Below are positions 54,774-64,000 of a stretch of 64,000 nucleotides of DNA, one piece after another. The position numbers and the translations under genes were made by a program. The notes beneath the pieces were generated by a model. The model did not search any database. It saw only the letters and a list, made by a program, of their open reading frames with translations, and was not told the DNA's origin. Position 1 is the first letter of the stretch, and each line of letters opens with the position of its first letter. Source of the DNA: the human T2T-CHM13v2.0 reference genome, Homo sapiens; assembly GCF_009914755.1 (NCBI RefSeq), contig NC_060926.1; one strand, 5' to 3'.

Positions 54774-56263
54774 TATAATATGGGGGTCCATATTAAAAAA
54801 CAGTTTTACTGATGGGTGTTATGACCAAAAAAGCTTGGAAAACACTGATTTATTAGATACCATTTAGAAACTATTCCAAAAATCAACTATTGACATTTGG
54901 TTTCATACAAATTTATATATTGTGTATAAATATATGCAATTTTGTAGTTTTACTTGTATATGTCTTTACTGTATAAAAACTCAACATTCAGATATAAAAC
55001 AAGTTTATGTTTTCTGTTCAAATAAACAACCCTGCACAACTGGATCAGCCAGAAATTTGTCTCCCTTACTCCCCGAAGCCACTATATCAGCCGGTCCTGG
55101 GAATTTTATATCTTTTGTTTCTTGAATTTGTTTGCCTCTCTCCATCTCCATTGCCTGTACCCTAGTCCAAGGGAGGACAACTCATTTAGTAGAAAAGGGG
55201 AAATTGTAACTAAGCAGCCACAGAAGAAGATATATGTGTGAAGTAAACAAATTTGTTGAGAAAAACAGCTGGGAGTCTGAACACTTGGAGGTCCCAGGAA
55301 GATACCGGAGGAACTGTTTTAGCAAAATGAGGAGGTAAGTTGAAGTTGAAGAGCACGTGAGATTAGGAAATGGGACACAGAACAGGAGAACAGCAAAAGG
55401 AGGTCCCAGGAAAGTAGCTAACTACCAGGTCTAAAGGTCCCAAAATACCTGCAGGGGGGGCAGGAGCAATGACGAATACAATTGTCAGTCATTGACATGC
55501 TTGGGCCATTGAGAAATTAGATAGATCTGAGTATCTGGATAAATGTTAGTGATAAGTACATAGGAAGACGCACATAAAAATAGATGCACTTATGAACTTC
55601 AGGAAAAACACAAGGCTATTGGAGGGGAAAAAATAAAAACCCATAATTTTGGCATATCATCTGGCTTGGCAGTGAGCAATATCACATTATCTAAATGCTG
55701 GTGACTGATTTAACTAAATGTTGTGACAGAACCTCACCGGGAATATAGGGAGGGAAGGTTAAGAGAAAGGGGGCATATAAAGATACTAAAATCCCAACTA
55801 CCAAAAATAAGTCAATAGGTAATACCTAAAAGTTATAAATCAAGAAAGGGCAGTATAAACATAGTATTTGTTTATTTGTTTACTTTGTGGATCAAAGCCA
55901 AGGATCTATGTTTTAAAAAGCTTCCAGGTGATTTTGATAAACATTCAAGAAATTTTCACCCTTCCGGTGTGATTCCTGCCAAATCAAGTCCCTACATTTC
56001 TTGTGATTAACAGGAATTCTGTATCTATTACCCTTTTTTTCCATATACAATGCTATGTTTACAGTACACTGTGTGCTGGGGAATGTTGAGAAAAGAAGCA
56101 GGGAAAGTAGACAATGGTTTCTCTGGCAAGTATGGAGGACACCTCAAGATTGGAATGACCAGAACTTTTCATAGGTGAGCAGATGGATCTGTGAGGGTCT
56201 AAACAGGTGTGATAAATAGAGCTAAGTGGAGTGAGAAAATCTAAACAAAGACTATATAGGGCA

Positions 56264-56943
56264 GGCTGGGTGTGGTGGCTCACACCTGCAGGGAAGCCAT
56301 GGCAGAGGGATTGCTTGAGAAGTACGAGAACAGCTTAGGCAATATAGCAAGACCCGACTGACCCTGTCTCTAAAAAACAATTCAAAAATTAGTTGGGGCC
56401 AGGCGTGGTGTGGCTCATGCCTGTAATCTCAGCACTTTGGGAGGCCAAGGTGGGCAGATCGCTTGAGGTCAGGAGTTCAGAGACCAGCCTGGCCAACATG
56501 GTGAAACCTTGTCTCTACTAAAAATACAAAAATTAGCCAGGTGTGGTGGTGCACGCCTGTAGTCCCAGCTCCCCAGAGGCTGAGGCAGGAGGATCACTTG
56601 ATTCTGGGAGGTGAAGGTTGCGGTGAGCCGAGATGGCACCACTGCACTCCAGCCTGGGCGACAGAGCGAGACTTCATCTCAAAAAAAGAGAAACTACTAC
56701 TTGTTAAGTTTTGGTGTTGTGTCAAAGAATAGCCACAATTATACAAAAAGGCTGTCTCAAAAAATAATGATAATTAATAAAAAAAATATTAGTTGGGCAT
56801 GGTGGTGCATACCTGTAGTCCCAAATAGTTGAGAGGCTGAGTTGGGAGGATCACCTGAGCTCAGGAGTTTGAGGCTGCAGTGAGCCAGGATTATGCATTC
56901 CATTGCATTCCAGCTTGGGTGACAGAGTGAGGGGAAAAAAAAG
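56264..56943 (+). mobile_element. AluJ with a nested AluS (56396 to ~56788) that carries a 65-bp Charlie1-derived insert
   Basis: Outer arms rejoin at aattagttggg/tattagttggg. Confidence 0.85.
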
Positions 56944-57000
56944 ACAACATACGGGAAAAATCTGGGAGGGAATATTCAAGTAAGAAGAGAATTCAAGTTA

Positions 57001-57758
<758 letters not shown>

Positions 57759-58044
57759 CCCAAATATATATTATCTAGACAACATGAAGGTTATTCAGTA
57801 CTAGAAGAAACAGCTAAAAGAGTTCAAAATGGTTACCTTTTGGAAGAGAAACACGTAGGGAAGAGTAAGCCAGGAGACAGCTGTTTCTTCATTATAAGCC
57901 TGTTAGAACTATTTGGTCTCTTGTGCAAGTACCAGTTTGGTAAAATAAAAATTAAGGTCTTAATAAATTAAAATATGATAAAAACGTACTAATTTTTTAA
58001 GAATTATAAAAGGATAGTAAAAATAAAAATCAATTAAAAATTTA

Positions 58045-58414
<370 letters not shown>

Positions 58415-58728
58415 TCAAAGATGACAAATGAAAACCAGTGGGACTTATTTATGTGATATAAAATATCTTGAATTATTCTGAGTGCTGTTATTTATTTTTA
58501 TTTTTATGGGCTTGAAAAAACCCATAAGGGTTTTCCTAGGTTCATTTACAGCATCAATCACTTTTTGCAAAAAAGGCAGTGGGTTTCAGCTCGTATTCCT
58601 CCGAGCTGTGGGATGATGGAGACACCTCTAAGCCACCTGAAGGATTTCGTCCAGGGGAGGCAAAGCAAGTCAGGTCCTGGGCACCTCCTCTTTCACCAGG
58701 ATAGCTCTCCTTTTATCTGGTTTACATG

Positions 58729-58855
58729 CTTTTTTTTCCAAGCTGGAGTCTCACTATGTTGCCAGGCTGGTCTCAGATTCCTGAGCTCAAGGGATCTTCC
58801 TACTTCAGCCTCTTGAGAAGCTGGGACAACAGGTGTGTACCACCGTGCCCAGCTC
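58729..58855 (-). mobile_element. FLAM-like monomer
   Basis: gtctcactatgttgccaggctgg...caccgtgcccagc. Confidence 0.75.
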
Positions 58856-58993
58856 ACATTCCTATTCTTCACAGGATTTCTCATGAATGGGGACCTCTGC
58901 TGGTAAAAGAAAATCTGGAAACCACTGCCAGAGTTTTAAGTCCTGCCATGGCTTCTGTTTGAGGAAGGCTTCTATACTTAAATTCAGAAATAA

Positions 58994-59332
<339 letters not shown>

Positions 59333-59719
59333 TAGTCACCAAGCTCTTTATTTGGACAAGTTGTGCTAGGTGAGGAGGAGGGGCTGGAGATCTGATCCAC
59401 TCAACACTGGCTCAGCAGCAGCCATAGCAGGTCAGGTGCCTTGAGTTTTGGTGCTGTGGTCTCCTTTGCAGGCAGGCTCAAGGGATCCCATGATGGATAA
59501 ATGAGTGGCTGAGGGTTCCTTGGCTCTGTGGCCCACCCACTAGTCACATCATCAGGACTCTCATGCATCCTTTGTCAGTGAAACTTTATTGACCCCACAG
59601 TGGGCCAGGCACTGGGAAAGAGCTGCAGATCCCACAGTAAAGAGGGGCACGCACCCGACTTCATGTTGGGCCAGCTAGCTGAGGACACACGCTGGTCCAC
59701 GGGCACTCACAGGACATGG

Positions 59720-60105
59720 CCGAGCCATAGATCTTTCATCCACCCCACCCCTAGCCTCCCTCCACCTTTCTGTGCCCTGCCCTCTACCATGGAAGCCTGA
59801 CCTTCATGGACCCCATTGGCAGGCTCCCCAGGCCCCTGGCTTCCGTGTGGGTTTTGCCAGCAGATCTGAGAAGGCAAGACAGTCAGTTACGGTATTTATT
59901 TCCTTAGCTTAAATGGAGGTCACTGATCCTATGTGATTCCTTCCAGATTCTGACAACCCCTCCCTCCCTTTGTTTCTCTGGGCCCAGAGGTGGTAACCGA
60001 CCAGGGGTTATCACATCATTCCCTGTAATTCCCCAACCACACTTCCCTAGAGTCATCCAATTTGAACATGCCATCTATTTCCTGTTGGGTCCTTGACCCC
60101 AACAA
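59720..60105 (-). mobile_element. Old ERVL LTR relic (LTR33-like)
   Basis: cccctggcttccgtgtgggttttgcca...ggtatttatt...tatttcctgttgggtccttgac. Confidence 0.45.
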
Positions 60106-60287
60106 CTCCGACAAGTGCAATGTCAGGACAGACACAGAGCATAGCATTGCATAGGGTATATCTTGTAATGAGGGTGTGGGCAGGAAGTTGTGTGAGACAA
60201 GAATGATGGGATATATTTGTTGTGTCCTCATTTGATTGGCTGAGGTTACATTAATAGTCATCTTGTGGCTTAAAAGTCCACGAGCAA

Positions 60288-60597
60288 GGCGGGGCGCGGT
60301 GCCTCACGCCTGTAATTCTAGCACTTTGGGAGGCCAAGGCAAGGAGATCACTTGAGGTCAGGAGTTCAGAGACCAGCCTGGCTAACATGGTGAAACCCCG
60401 TCTCTACTAAAAATAGAAAAATTAGCTGGGTGTGGTGGTGGGAGCCTAGGGAGCCTATAGTCCCAGCTACTTGGGGAGGCTGAGGCACGAGAATTGCTTG
60501 AACCCGGGAGGTGGAGGTTGCAGTGAGCCGGGATCGCAACACTGCATGCCAGCCTGGGCCATAGAGCGAGATTCAGTCTCAAGAAAAAAAAAAAAAA
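60288..60597 (+). mobile_element. AluS
   Basis: 16-bp TSD aaaagtccacgagcaa. Confidence 0.93.
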
Positions 60598-60625
60598 GTC
60601 CACGAGCAATTGGGATTGTCTAAAG

Positions 60626-61147
<522 letters not shown>

Positions 61148-61469
61148 GTCTAAGGCAGCAGTTCTGGTCCATGGGATTTGGGGGGTACCCAAGACCCTTT
61201 CAGGAGGCCTATAAGGTTGAAATTATTTTTCTAATAAAAGTAAGACATTATTTACCTTTTTTGACTGTGTTGTCATTTGATAGTGCAATGGCCATGGTGA
61301 GTAAAACTGCTGCTACTTTATCATAAATCAAGGCAGCACTGTTAAGTTGTTCTGGCAATTATATTCTTCACACACTCCCAGTAAAAAAAAGGAAAAAGGC
61401 CAACTTCACTGAAGAATGTTCTTGATGAAGCAGTACAAATTATTAATTTTATTAAATATCATCACTTGA

Positions 61470-62571
<1,102 letters not shown>

Positions 62572-63134
62572 TAGTTGTCTCAAAGAAAGGCAGTTCGACG
62601 ATTGTTTGAATTTTGAGCTAAATTAGCCACTTTTTTCATGAAACATCATTTTTATTTGAAAGGTGGGTTAGCAGATAAACTATGGCTATTTAGATACCAG
62701 TACTTGAACAAACATTTTCTTGAAAATGAATAAAGTGAGCTTGACAGTTCAAGGAAAACTACTGACAGTATTTGATGCCAATGACAACATTTAGGCATTC
62801 ATGTGAAAATTAGAATTTTGGAAAACTTGTGTCTGCTCCCGTGAGCTTGACAGCTTCTCAATACTTAAAATACGTTTCCAATGATATCAGTGATGATATT
62901 AATAAATGTGAGTTTTGATATTGTATAATATAATGAAATGTGTCAACATTTGGAAGATCTGCATATCACAGTCAATATTTTCCAAATACTAATGTATGAT
63001 ACTCCCAAAACATGCATGATTAAATATTTCTACAATGTGCAAGATAGACGAATTGATTTTAATGTAATCAGCTATGAACATTCATTGATATGGTTTCAGA
63101 TTCCTCATTATGAAGAACCTTTAAGAAACTACTA

Positions 63135-63527
<393 letters not shown>

Positions 63528-63563
63528 CTAACTTCATATTTAAGTGAGGCTGGATTTTCTTGA

Positions 63564-63992
<429 letters not shown>

Positions 63993-64000
63993 CCAAGTGT

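Overview
Primate (human-like) repeat-dense, apparently non-coding genomic DNA. I found no protein-coding exon, RNA gene, CpG-island promoter or CRISPR array; the supplied ORFs are almost all Alu-, MaLR- or L1-derived noise. The window holds about 70 Alu copies or monomers (roughly 30% of bases), three long antisense L1M 3' fragments, and MIR/L2 relics. It also has DNA transposons (MER2, MER3, MER58A, Charlie1) and a dense set of LTR elements: a two-LTR MST element with a two-LTR THE1 element inserted in its 3' LTR, solo THE1/MST/MLT1 LTRs, MER9, MER41, LTR2 inside MER4, MER21, LTR47-like, and an internally deleted HERV-H nested in an AluJ nested in an ERV1 LTR. I see no novel gene system. The most interesting signal is a set of old locally templated insertions. 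Segments of 55-76 bp were copied from donors 0.65, 2.8 and 6.75 kb away in this same window, and there are several snap-back inverted insertions; all are readable because they interrupt known repeats. Subfamily names are from memory of consensus sequences, not a search, and boundaries without a cited TSD are approximate.
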